Shown here: positions 36,971-49,338 of the stretch, piece by piece
Position numbering within the stretch: the stretch's first letter is position 1
Layout of the letters: each line of letters opens with the position of its first letter
Source: Tubulanus polymorphus
Lineage: Eukaryota > Animalia > Nemertea
Reading direction: 5' to 3'
Length of the DNA stretch: 64,000 nucleotides
NCBI RefSeq assembly: GCF_964204645.1
Contig: NC_134027.1
Location: 26,126,560 to 26,190,559, forward strand
Made by a program: the position numbers and the translations under genes
The notes under the pieces: generated by a model
The model's database searches: none
Seen by the model: only the letters and a program-made list of their open reading frames with translations
Told to the model about the DNA's origin: nothing

Positions 36971-37656
36971 TAGTATCAATCCCAGTTGACTTTCACACAC
37001 GGACACGAACATGTACTGTATTATTTCTGAATATTTCAGTTATAACAATATTGTATGCCTTCCTACGGAATGAATTTGAAGGTTGAAATTTGATATTTAA
37101 TGAATACATCCCCGATGTGTTGTCGAGTGTGCAGACCAACAGCTGCAATGTCGCAGCACGTGTACGTCCCGCGCGGATATCCATGCAACTAAATAATAGA
37201 ACCAATTCACGAATAGTACCACTGGTGAACAGCTTAACGAGCATGAAACGTTTAGAATGAATGCAACAAAAAGTCATTCAGTCGCCGTTCAGGCGGCAAT
37301 GGATTGGTCAAGCGTTCGGACGTATTAGTAAGTGACAAGTAAGTGTCCAGTTCCACAGTTGTGAGTAAAAGTTTGAGTCGAAGTCAACCGGGATTGATAA
37401 TAAACTAACTGAGAATTTCAACTCTTAACTCACGACTGTGGAACCGGAATCCAGAACTAAATGATAGCATTGCCATAAACTACAATATAAAAAATTCTGA
37501 AACATGTTCATGCATTACATATACAATCATTGATATTCCTGTGTTGGGGATTTTTCCAAATGTTTTAAACCTCTTTTTAGACATGAAATTCTCGCATGAA
37601 CGAAAAATAATCACGGTATTCATTTATGTAGGTATCAAAGAAAGTCGTTGATAAAA

Positions 37657-40600
37657 ATGTTCGCGAGCCAAACTTCGCTTCTGACTCCCGGTGATTCGGC
37701 CAATTATGATTCTACTAATATTGCAGACTCAGCCCCACTATCGGTAAGAATTCATCCGACCCGTAAACCACAAGGGGCATTCTATTCACTAAGTCAGGAT
37801 CCAGTCGCACGGGCTGAGTTCAAGTTAGCTCACTCGTTCAAATTTCAACTACTGAGTCTAAAAACATAGACTCTAAAACCGTTTCAGAGTCCACGGGTAA
37901 ATCTGTGCAACTGGTATCCTACCATAATCATCTTACGATTTTTCAAATCGGGTAACTCAAAGTATGCACCCGATATTTTAGCAAAGCGAATAGATGAGAG
38001 ATAGTCCGTCGTTCGATTCTATTTTACAGAATGAAAATGAATTACAAGAAGATAAAGATGGTAAAGTTGAACCTGTTTCGTTAATGAGAATATTCGGTCC
38101 AACATTTAATCTATCACACGCGATATTAGGCGCTGGAATATTAGGTTAGTCAGCGCGAAAAAACAAGAAAGGTTTCAACGAATTTAATTCAATTGCAACA
38201 CGATAATGCATTGAATATACGTTTCATTTGTAGGAGTGCCATATGCGGTTAAACTATGCGGATTAGGATTAGGCGTGTCAATGGTAATCATAATCTCCCT
38301 GATAACAGGTAATATAATACCCGATGCGAAACGATAACTAATAATCATTAATCTATCAGACATATAAATAAAAGAAGTCGATTAATTCTCAAATGATTTA
38401 AAAAACTATACCATTTCACAGCTGTTATTTATTACGTGTATTTCATATCATTTTTTACAGACTACTCACTCCATATTCTCGTGAAATCGGGGATTACCTG
38501 TGGTAAATATACATATCAGGTAAGAAACGCAAAATATAATCAACGAAAAGACAGTTTACAGGAGTAGGAGTTTTAGGGGGTCCCGAGACCCCTGCCCTAT
38601 CATTGAAGTGACCCTTTTCGTCAGGAAAGAGATCGTAAAAAATCTGCAAATTTGGCACTATAATGTAACGGCTGTATTTCTTTAAGGCTTGGATAGTATG
38701 ACCCGCTTGCGGCCTGGGGTGGCTGCTTTTTACCAAATGAATTCTCTCTCCATCTGGACTCCGGCCTCACAATTTTCCCAGATGCGCCCTTGGTTTATAG
38801 CGACTATTCCTTCTCAGCGATATGATGACTTTGATGCGAAATATCTCGTAGGATGTGATGAATGAAGCGTTCGGCAAACCGGGCTACGTTTTGGCGAATA
38901 TTCTACTGTTTTTGCTACCGTTTATAATGATGATCAGTTATAACATATTCGTCGGCGACGGTTTCACTAAAGTGGCCTTTATGTTAGGCGGAGGTATGTA
39001 ACGCGTAAAAAATTCAAACTGTTTTATCTTTTGAACTGTGCACTGGCCTCCATTGTCAAACTCGAACTTTTATGTTAATCTAATGTAATGGAGTAAAATG
39101 AATACATTAAAATGCATATGAAATTTACCTTCAAATTATATCTATTTGCACTCCATTGAACTGGTTGGGGATTTCGTACCTACTTTGTGAAGAACTATTA
39201 GGATTTTACCTATCATGGATTTTACTTAGGGACATTTTACCGAGGGGATTATTACGTTGGGGAATTCTATCGACGTAGGGGATTTTTTACTGCTAACCGA
39301 GGTCATCACGCCTATATTAGAACACATCAGTAGCTTTTATTTGGGTTAATGAATTATGAATGATTAGGGGAAATGATGATTATTTAGTATCTGATGGATA
39401 GATATTTTCTGTGTAATTATGTATTGTTTCAGACAAAATTAGACATTCAATATGGGGTCGTAGAGAGTTGTATATCGTATTGGCTAATATTGCTGTAATG
39501 ATACCCATATCACTCTACAAGAACGTCATCAAACTAGAAAAGGTATGAGTGTAGCGCATATGTCCTCGTACTCGTTTTTCAAAGATGGCTCGAATTTTTT
39601 CTGTTAATCCATTAGATTCTTCCACACAGCCGTTATCAAGTGATAAAAAAGATGCATACTAAATCTCAGGGCTTGTGGTATTTTAGAACGGCACTATGAC
39701 CTAAAAAGGGGGAGCGTTCTCACCCCTCGACCCCCTTTGGGGGCGCTTATGATGTGTTTCGATTTGCGTAATCTTTGTATGTGTCTATTTGAAGAAGGCT
39801 ATATGATATTTTGTTGTCTATGATGTAGTATGCTGCCGTTGCTATTGTCATCGTGTTGATGTTGTGCGCTTTGATCATTTATGGCGCTGTCCAATTCGGA
39901 GATGCAGTGTACGTATAAGGCGTCTTAAAATTTGAAGAAAGAATATTTCTATTTATTTCTCGCGTAGGAATTGATGAATATCCTATTATCTATTGCAGGA
40001 AATATCACGGTAAATCTATCGATTCTTTGGACATATCAGCACTAAGCGGTGTGGCTATGATTAGTTTATGTAAGTTGAATGACATTTCAAATTTTTAATC
40101 TTTATGATGATATATATTCTAGGAAAGCGTTGGAATCATGCTAATTGTGCCATCGGTTTTGGGCACATGTATACGATATATTTAATGGAATGCTTTTAAG
40201 CGTCAGCTGTCGAGTGTTTGTGATGTATAAGATATATATAGGTACAATGGCAGTTGCATTTTTAAATATCCCAGTACGGAAGCATCTGTATTCATTGCCA
40301 GTCAACAGAAAATCGAAGCCTATACGTATAACAACTTCTAATCCGAATGACAATATCTTTTTTATCTATTCCAATGATGGTTCAGCTCGTACACGAGTTC
40401 GGTCTTTATTTCAGCTTTGGAATGCCACCATAATGCATTTTTCATATGGAATTCTATTTCGGAAGAGCCTAAAACCAGAGAACGACTGTGGCCGATTGTT
40501 CGTCATATCGGGTTCTTTCTGGCGTTTTCCACGATTCTTATTGTCGGGACAGCAGGATCTGTCACATTCAGACAGTTAGTGCAGGGTATGTATGTATCCC

Positions 40601-42893
40601 CATTCCTCAGTTTCGCGTGAAAGACCAACGCTTCCAGTTACCCTGGTCCCGAACCCGGTATCCAGTGATTGCTATTTTTGAAAAAAAGAAAACGTTAAAA
40701 TAACGTTGTTATACATTGATAACTACTCCGAATTATTTGGGTACTGTGCGAGTCGATGTGCACTACGTCATCAATATTGGCGTCTCTGATCATTATAACA
40801 ATTACAATTATGAATTTTGGCGTTTATTTTTCATAATTGAATAAATTTCATGACAATTATTTTCTATGAACTTTCGTGCCTTTTTAATGAAGAATTTGTG
40901 AGTGGTTATGCGCTATGCGTCATCAAAATTTGGGCTAGACTGGTTGCCGGTTAATTGTATACAATTCTCAATCCCGTAACCGTTGACAGTTTGTATTCAT
41001 TGGCATTGTCAACCACATATTCAATCAATATGCATAAAATCATATACCTATTTTTTCCAAGGCGTCAATGAACTTTCAAGTATTTTCCAGTTTTTGATCG
41101 TTATATGCAAATGGTAGTTTAACTTGAGATTCCAAACAGTTGGGATAATATTCATTTTACCCCACTAGGCTCAATTATTAATGGTTTACCCTAAAACTCT
41201 ATTATTTCACGCATTTCTCGTTTTAACAGGAAATTTATTCATGAATTTCTGTGCAGATGATATTTTCGCGAACGTCGTATCGACCCTGTATCTGATAAAT
41301 ATCATGTTCATCTATCCGTTCGAGTTATTCGTAGTTCGACAGGTATGTTTCCACATTTTCTACTCCATGATGTATATATACTCCATCAGGTCCATACTCC
41401 AGGTGGGAATCCAAGAGTATCAACCGTATTGTCCGATAGGTCTAGAGCCCTTCGAAATAAAGTTGACTCTGAATAGACTCCAGGAACCGGTTCCACCGTT
41501 GTTAGTTTAACTCTGAATTCAGGACCCAGTTCCGCAGTTGTGAGTTAGGGTTAACTCTGAGTTCAAGTTAGTTCATTTTCAACGAGTTAACTCTGAGTCA
41601 AATCTTGACTCAAAACTGAGGAACTGGGTCCCGTAGCTCTCTTAATTAGTCCCGATTAATTCAAATGTTAGACGCCTTTTACTGGGCTTCAAGTTCGCTA
41701 GGATACACAGAATGTTTTTTAAGCGCTCTCAGTACTGACCATTGATCCGCCCATTCTCGTCATGAATTCTGAGAGAGATTTCCTGCCACACGTCATCTCA
41801 TCACATATTCATGTCGTAAAATTCTGGCAGTATTTACGCTCCGAGTCCGTCGGAGAATAATACCTATTAAAAGTGAATACCGGCGACGTGTGAAGGAAAC
41901 ACTGTTAGCCTATCCATGATTAGTGACTTGTAGTAAGGCAGCCAGTTGGTAAGTCGAACTACTGTCACCACAAACAGCGGTTAGCTGCGCCCGGTGACCC
42001 AGCAGTTTTGGACCAAGACGGAAAGAAATTGAAAATATTAAGATAGTTTTATCATTTACGGAAGGATTCGGTTAATTCGGATTTTTCGATCCAGATTTTC
42101 AATTAAATTCGTATGGAATATTTGGTCTGTTTTACCTAAACAGTACCATTTTACCATCTAAACTATTATTCATAATTCGGATTTGACTTAATTCGAAGTA
42201 ATCCGAGCGAGTTCTGCTGTACATGTATTGATTCAGAGTTTGATTATTTTTCTGCAGGTGGTCGACATGTTGTTGTTCGGTAATAGCGGAAAACTCACTT
42301 TATTACGACACGTTCTAGAAACGATAGCAATAAGCTTGTTGTGTTTGGTATTTTCGTTAACCACCGAGTGTATATCAGTTATATTAGAATTCAACGTAAG
42401 TTAAAAATGCTTTTCCACTCAAAGATGCTATCTAATTTAGCAGGGGGAAGCGTCCGGGGCAAACTTTGACCGAAGCGCTAAGAAATGAAAAGGTCATACT
42501 GAAAAAGAGCGAGTTAAAATGATTTCAATGTTTCAACTTCATTTTGTAGGTTTTCTTTATAAATCCATGAAAATCGAGATGTTCTGAATATCACTAATTC
42601 GATGATTTTGTTGTTAATTTTTGCAGGGTGTATTTGTGACAACGCCCATCGCTTTCATAATGCCGACGCTGTGCTATCTCGTTCTGCATAAACCGATTCT
42701 ACAGACATCCAACGTTCTTTGTATACTGCTGCTGGTGTTCGGCGTTATTACGTTCCTTCTCGGAATTGTACAACTTATTTTCCGACTCATAAAGTCGCCT
42801 CATACCATCCTACATTGTATCAAAGCCAATGATATGCCGTATTGTAGTCATCTATGGATGAATAATACTTACAGATCTCAGATGCTCAGATGA
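37657..42893 (+). CDS. SLC38A11: Sodium-coupled neutral amino acid transporter, SLC38A11-like. Exons: 37657-37743, 38030-38144, 38234-38308, 38461-38519, 38852-38993, 39433-39542, 39829-39908, 39999-40069, 40415-40585, 41230-41342, 42258-42395, 42627-42893
   Basis: Twelve in-frame exons. FNLSHAILGAGILGVPYA, DYSLHILVKSG, MISYNIFVGD, CHHNAFFIWNS, GNLFMNFCADD, YPFELFVVRQ, EFNGVFVTTPIAFIMP and a terminal C...MPYC match the Aa_trans/SLC38A11 pattern. Divergent, so possibly a paralog. Confidence 0.8.
41523..41631. mobile_element. Short Harbinger-like MITE (best-preserved copy of the GACCCAGTTCC family)
   Basis: GGACCCAGTTCC...GGAACTGGGTCC inverted termini, preceded by a partial copy. Confidence 0.75.
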
Positions 42894-44015
42894 ATTAAGT
42901 ATTTTAGTCGAGCCGTACCTGGTTGTGATATGTGTTCCCTAATGTATTTATTTTGTTGATCACTTCTTGCCAGTGTAGATACTAAATTTGGATAAATCTA
43001 GCTCATCATGTTATAAGTCTATGTTACAACAGATACTAGCCATCATCTCATCGAGATCTCATCTGAGATGATTGCTCGTATAGGTTTAAGCAAATAGCCA
43101 ATAATTATTAAATATTGTATAAATAATTTTTGAAATAAAAGCATTTATCATTCCTTACGTACGTTGTTCGATGGTATTTTTTTTGCTTTAGATGCAGAAG
43201 CCAAATTCATCTTCTTGAGACAAAGGAGAGTACTGCGGCGTTCACCCGAGGGCGGTATTAAATACGGTACTAAGAGTTCATCGTACGGTTAGGTTATTCG
43301 AAGCCTATTTGCGGCTTATTCAGTACCGTACTGAAATACGCTGCTTATTAAGCGCGAAAAGTGATTCCGCGCCGAAGACCCGATTTCAGTACGGTACTGA
43401 GCTGGCCGCGTACTTTCTGAGGAATATATTCGCGACGGTTTTAGTTTAAAATACAATCCTTGTGATAAGACCCACGTAGAATATAATTTTAATGATCTAA
43501 CGGGATTAATTAGTCATTTTAAAGTAGTTTCCTGAAAGTTTGCGCAATAAAATTGAATTTGAATTTGCATTTGTATCTTACCGATTAGCTTTCCGTTTTT
43601 CTACAAATTTTGCTCTCCCAAACTCAGAATACGTTCATTTGATGAATAAATTCTGGTTATGAACAAAATATAAGATGTTGTGCTTCGATTGATGTATCGT
43701 TTGTTGGATTTAGACGCTGAAATCACCACGAGCTCTTCACTTGAAGTTGAAAGGTAGAGGATTTTTGCTGCCATAGCAATTGCCGTACATGTTATTTTGG
43801 GGGTCTCCGGCGCATTATATCGCGATCTTGATCGGTGAAACGTTATCAAATGGCCTTCAAGTAGACATATTTAGAAAATATAGGATGTTTTGAACAATTT
43901 AAAACAGATTTAATCGAAATCCTTTGGATATTTTAGGAGTTACAGCAGTTTTAAATCGAAGTGTCTGTGTGTAGGAGTTTCCACGCTTTTCTATTTATAG
44001 TACCAGGGATACTGG

Positions 44016-44863
44016 TAGTTAGTTACCTAATCGTTGGTGGTAAGCTTTTTCTAATCGGATGGGCTTATACCAACGTTAGGGATGACAAGGACCAAAACAC
44101 GGTTGAAAAAAGTAACACTTCAAAAATATACTTTCTATTCACTTCAGTCCACAATTAATGGCTTAATTCACAAACTAACACAGGGACCTTTCGAAATAAT
44201 CCAATTTTATGTACGTTTCGAGTGATTAATCAGCATTATTTTGAGAAATTAATTAATTTCTCCACAAATTTCGCCATTGGCCGCCATTTCTCTGTATTGC
44301 ACATGTGGCATGATAAGACAAGGGGACCTACAAGGATTTATATAAAACTTTCAAGACGAAACGACAATTTTTATTTTTGATGGTTTTCCAACTTTTATTT
44401 CAAGTCTTCGTGTTTTCCATAATAAATAATGAAATAATAAATTTCTGGTAAAAGAAAAATGTGAATAAGTGTTGATTTTTTAATTTTTTTAAATTTCGTC
44501 GTTTCGCTTTGTTAGTTTGTGCTGTTGTCCTGGCCTCAGTCCACAGGTGCCAGCACCTCCAGTAATTTTCAAAATGGCAGCTGTTGACTGGACGGAAATT
44601 TACTCTCACTTTACGGCCGATTTGCACATGGATTAAGATCGTCAGGTGAGGTGTTATAGGTATCAGACAAACTACGAATCTGTTGTGCGTCGATTACAAC
44701 AAAAATGAGACAGATATCTTAAGAGACAATGAAATGCCAGGCAAATTACTCGTCAGTCAAATTGGCTGACGAAGATTTCATATAAAAATGACCTTCCCAT
44801 TCCTGACTGTGGTTTGTGAAAATATCCGATCGTGAAACTAAACCACAGTCAGGTTACTGACTA
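44016..44863 (+). mobile_element. Long (848-bp) member of the 9-bp-TSD MITE family
   Basis: GGATACTGG|tagttagttacc...ggttactgacta|GGATACTGG, with about 730 bp of extra internal sequence. Confidence 0.85.
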
Positions 44864-45686
44864 GGATACTGGATGATCTAAGCTACAGTTCACCCCCAAA
44901 CTTCAAATACGAGGCCCCCTGTGGATCACACCTTGTCATTCCACAGTTATTACAAGAGGTACTTAATTCTATCATCTTGTATTTCCCGCAACAATTGTTG
45001 GGTGGAGATTGCACCGGATAGTCTTCAGAAAAAAAGATCCAAACAAATGAAATCCAGGAGCCAGTTTTATATAGATTGGTATTTAACCAGGGGTATCTCG
45101 ATTGAAAATGGATTCAGTTAGCGAATTTAAGGTGATACCAGTTTATACAACCGAGCGCTGGATGGATAACTTCCGGAATGAATAGCTTCTGATTTAACGT
45201 GCTTAAAACATGTCTAGACTGCGAGGAGCATCGGAAAATAAACACGTATCGGGAGGGAACACCGAGGAAGTAAACACACAAATATAGGTTGAGTTGATTC
45301 AGATAGTGAAATATTTCATCCATTTTCATCAACGTTCATGATGATTACAGAAGTGTGGTTCAGATAGTGATGGTAGTAAACAATAGACCTACACATCCCA
45401 AATGTAAACGATAGCTCGTAAAAAACTATGGTGATAAATCGTCTAGTCTGGTGTTCCTGGTACTGATTCAGTTAGCTGTATACTACTGATCAGTGGTATG
45501 CGGTACTGGTGCGTGAGTAGGGGTTTAAAATGGTATAGACCGATCTGAAGCCGATCTTATAGTTGTACAATACGTCTAGACACGAAAAGAAAGTGAGTGT
45601 TTTAGATTTTCATTTATTGAATATCATTTTCAACGACAAAATTATCAGTCGCTTGCTTGTCATTCTTATCTGGGCTTGTTTTGGGC

Positions 45687-45810
45687 TAGTCAGTGACCTG
45701 ACTGTGGTTTAGTTTCACGATCGGATATTTTCACAAACCACATATATGCACATTGGTATAAGCCCATCCGATTATAAAAAGCTTACCACCAACGATTAGG
45801 TAACTAACTA
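45687..45810 (-). mobile_element. 9-bp-TSD MITE family copy (inverted, TSD not evident)
   Basis: Reverse complement of the 31306-31404 consensus. Confidence 0.8.
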
Positions 45811-45930
45811 GAGTAGAACGATAACCACACTCAAACGTGGTGAACGGATAATAAGATAAAATCCCACTATTTACAGATTAAAAGTATTTAAAAACAAGAA
45901 TTTATTTATTAAATCTAAAATATTTAAAAG

Positions 45931-45972
45931 ACACGACGTTTCGATCTCACCCTAGAGATCATCGTCAGGTGG
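45931..45972 (-). ncRNA. Minimal type I hammerhead ribozyme motif (Penelope-type)
   Basis: Minus strand cac-CTGACGA-t-GATCTC-tagggt-GAGATC-GAAA-C-GTC-gtg: intact core, perfect 6-bp helix II, GUC cleavage triplet, helix I cac/gtg. Confidence 0.75.
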
Positions 45973-46519
45973 GCCGACGTATCATACATGCTATCTCAGT
46001 ATATAAATCGCGGTCGAATAAATCTATCCACTCGTGTAGAAATGTTTTGCAAAGATCACGTTTTGTATAGGAATAATTTCCCCGTGAGTACAAATATACG
46101 CAGTGATGAAACAAACACCTTGAGACTCTGATCAGAACCCACGCACGCATTCAGAATCATTCACGTCTCCACTGTCATGACTATCTAACTTCCTAGTATC
46201 TCCCGCACATACGTTGCTTGTGGGGGACCGGATTGGGACCGGAAAAACCGATCCGAGATAATGTTTTCTAGGATCAAGGTACATACGTAAATCAGAAATG
46301 ATTTCCTTTTTTTGCCCGCGGGTTAGCGAAAAGTTTGCCGCCCCGAATCAGCAAGGTTTACAGCTTAAGCTCTTTAAGTTTCATTTATAATTATACTCAC
46401 TATTGTTGTTTATAATCACCCCTTAGTTTGCTTCCCTTTAATCTATTTTAGCGTGTAACTGTTTCTACGTTAATTTTCCTTTAGTTTGTATCATCTCTGA
46501 TTACTTGAATTAGTCTCTT

Positions 46520-46662
46520 TGTCTCTGGATTGTATATATATATCTCATAATTTCTGTAGTATCTGATTATTCCCGAAGATGACTATTAGGATATAGTCGA
46601 AACGTTGAAATAAACTCGAAGTTTCATTTTCGGACTTTTTATTATCATTGTGGGATTCTCTC
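46520..46662 (+). mobile_element. Penelope-type terminal repeat with a mutated hammerhead motif
   Basis: ttattc-CCGAAGA-t-GACTAT-taggat-ATAGTC-GAAA-CGTT-gaaataa (core U4 changed to C), ending gtgggattctctc like the other copies. Confidence 0.65.
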
Positions 46663-46721
46663 CTCATCCTTATATATGATATTCTTGCAGGTTTTATTCG
46701 TGGACACACCCTTCCGGCAGT

Positions 46722-47429
46722 ATGACGCAGCTACTGATCAAACGTCGCCGGATCGCTTGTCATATTTGTCATGTTCTCAGCGTTATCACGGCTACCGGGC
46801 TAACGATATCCGACATATCTCTGTTTCCAGACGTTGTCAAACGCGTGATCCGTATATCAGGAATCGTCATCGGTATATTCAGTATTCTCATAAGCCTCGT
46901 CGATTTAATCGTTCAGTGCGCGCAGTTGTTTGCGGAAAAAATTCAAACTATTCGCATTTTTTATTTCGGTATCGAGTCTATCGCGGAAACAGTTATATTC
47001 CTATACGTTGCTATAAACTTATCGATGGACACTTATAGTAAAGTAAAATGGCCACTTTACAGCCATCGGACTAGAATTGTAATGATCAATTTGTGGTGCC
47101 CGACAATTTTGTTAGTTCTATCAATACTGAAACTGTATTGCGCGTTCTCGACGCGTCGGATCGAGAGGAATATGGTGTATGAAGTCTCGCGCAATAGAAA
47201 CACCAGGTCCAGGCCTACATCACGAGTCGGGCATGAAATACAATCCGCGTCTGATGCGACCGGGATGGAAGTTTTGAACCACCGGGAAAACCCGACATCT
47301 ACATCACCTGAGACAACGTCATCTCCGACTGTCCAACCACCCCCGTTAGGTCAACCGTATCAGACCGGTCAACAACCTCCAACAGGTCAACCACCCCCGT
47401 CTTATAACGAAGTTATGGGTGTGACATAG
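46722..47429 (+). CDS. Uncharacterised 235-aa membrane protein (about 4 TM) with a Pro-rich tail and PPxY motif
   Basis: Uninterrupted ORF after an acceptor ttcttgcag (46691). Four hydrophobic segments and a C-terminal QPPTGQPPPSYNEVM. Confidence 0.7.
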   Translation: MTQLLIKRRRIACHICHVLSVITATGLTISDISLFPDVVKRVIRISGIVIGIFSILISLVDLIVQCAQLFAEKIQTIRIFYFGIESIAETVIFLYVAINLSMDTYSKVKWPLYSHRTRIVMINLWCPTILLVLSILKLYCAFSTRRIERNMVYEVSRNRNTRSRPTSRVGHEIQSASDATGMEVLNHRENPTSTSPETTSSPTVQPPPLGQPYQTGQQPPTGQPPPSYNEVMGVT

Positions 47430-47627
47430 CGTGGAGTAGTTATGCGCAGGGGAGGGGCGGACCCCTGCCTTCCAATTGCGGTTGTCCTTTTTAAAATCAA
47501 ACATCGTCAAAACCTGTATAAATTTCACACTCATCATTTTTGAAATTGCATATTTTCGGATGGATATCTTCAAAAATATCTAATAACGCGGGCGGGGCCT
47601 GATCGTTCTGAGCCTATTGAAATAGGG

Positions 47628-47955
47628 CTGCTTAATCTGAAAATCCTTTCTTCTGGACCCCAGCTAATCAAATTTGCCTAGATCCACCCCTGTGTTGTGG
47701 CACCACTGGTTGAATGAGCACGGTGGTGGTGGTGGGTGTAATTAAGAGATTAATAAACCATTTTACAGTTGCTAGCCGCCATTTTGTTAGGGTACTTTTG
47801 TCCCGTATTGTTGGGTCATTTTTAGGACTGCTTAATCTTTTTTCTGGACCCCAGCGAATCAAATTTGCCCAGATCCACCCCTGTGTTGTGGTACCACTGG
47901 TTGAGTGTGCACGGTGGTGGTGGTGGGGGTAGTAATTAAGAGATTAATTAACAAT
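47628..47955. repeat. Local tandem duplication (~130-bp unit, 200-bp period)
   Basis: ctgcttaatc...tctggaccccagc...gatccacccctgtgttgtgg...gcacggtggtggtggtggg...gtaattaagagattaat occurs twice. Confidence 0.8.
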
Positions 47956-48403
47956 AGGCTAATTAAGCTGGTGGTAAAGCCACGACAATGGTTACTGGAC
48001 CGTTGGAATCAGATCAATTACACCACGCTTTTTATTGTCCTAATCTTGATTAATCCCCTTCGAGGTATCATCCCTATCATTTACACCGATTGCTGTGTTC
48101 ACTGAACCGTTAGGGGTTTAGGGGTGACATCGTGATCACTCAACCATGGGGGTACCGCACCACATCTACTAAGCATCGACATTTGTCGACCACTAAAAAT
48201 CAGATCAATATACCGGATTCGAACCTATTCATATCCGTTTTCTCGGCATCACCGACCACCCAACGGTATTACTTATAAAACCTATTTTATTGGTATATGA
48301 TCTAATGTATTATGTCTATGTCTATGTTATAAAAACCGTGTCATGTAAATAAACAATCTTTATTAACTAAATAATCTGATGCATCTTTCGTCATCCTCGA
48401 GCT

Positions 48404-48791
48404 TGGTGGCAGCACCGTACGGTCACCTAAGGGAATTTCTGTGAACTAATGTATTGCGCTAACGATTGTCTTTTCAAACTAAATCTATTTTCAAAAATAG
48501 AATACATTCATTTACACTTTTAGGAAATCTATATTGCCGGTTTTCAAAGCAGGGCATCGAAGAATCATAGACTCCGCAGTCGGATTGGCGGTCAACTCGA
48601 GGATTTGAAATATTTTTGTGACACTAAAGAAATACATAACATCCAACTGGGATATTCAAGTCCAGTCGGACACATTGTTACGGTCCCAAAAGATCCGACC
48701 GCAGCGAAGTCTACTATAATATTGATATATAGCCCGCCGTATAACATTAGTTCGTAAAAATTCCGCTAGACGACCGTACGGTGCTGCCACC
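48404..48791. mobile_element. Inverted-repeat element with a nested Tigger-like fragment
   Basis: GGTGGCAGCACCGTACGGTC...GACCGTACGGTGCTGCCACC (20-bp perfect IR). Internal tagactccg...cgaagtctactata at about 48567-48717. Confidence 0.65.
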
Positions 48792-49338
48792 TAGTCTGCC
48801 TCGCTTCAAATTAGACTGGTTGCCTGTCATGAGATAGAGACCGGTAACTTTCAATATTGGCCGATTTAGCTACTCGTCATGCCCCGCATGATTTAAATAG
48901 TTGTGTTCTGCTAAGTAGAATAGCTTCTCTCTGGATAACGCCGTGATTCTGAGTGAAGGACTCATTTAAAAAAACTGAAACTTGACAAAAACTACAGCAG
49001 TAAAATATCATTATTTATTAGGCCCCTATTCATTGATGAATTCATTATATATATACATGTACATTGTAATTGCACCATACAGACACTAACAATAATACTC
49101 AGTAAAATTCAAGAATTCATTACATATTTTAAATTCATGCATATTAATTTTCAACATTCATATCTGTGATCATTCATGTTTTCATGGGGGACTCATGAGA
49201 CTTAAGTCCATTAAAATTCTTTGAGTGCCATTTTTCATTAAGTCATTGCCTTTTTAGACATCTAGGTGCCCTTTTTAGGATCTGACAAGTCCTTCAAAAT
49301 TGGCCTCTGGATCAGCCCCCGTTTTAAAATGTTCAGTT

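Noticed and set aside
40123-40414. Extra or alternative exon in the SLC38A11-like gene (144-aa ORF at 40145)
   Set aside because: Flanking exons 39999-40069 and 40415-40585 join in frame to give the expected motif. The intervening frames have stops or no transporter similarity.
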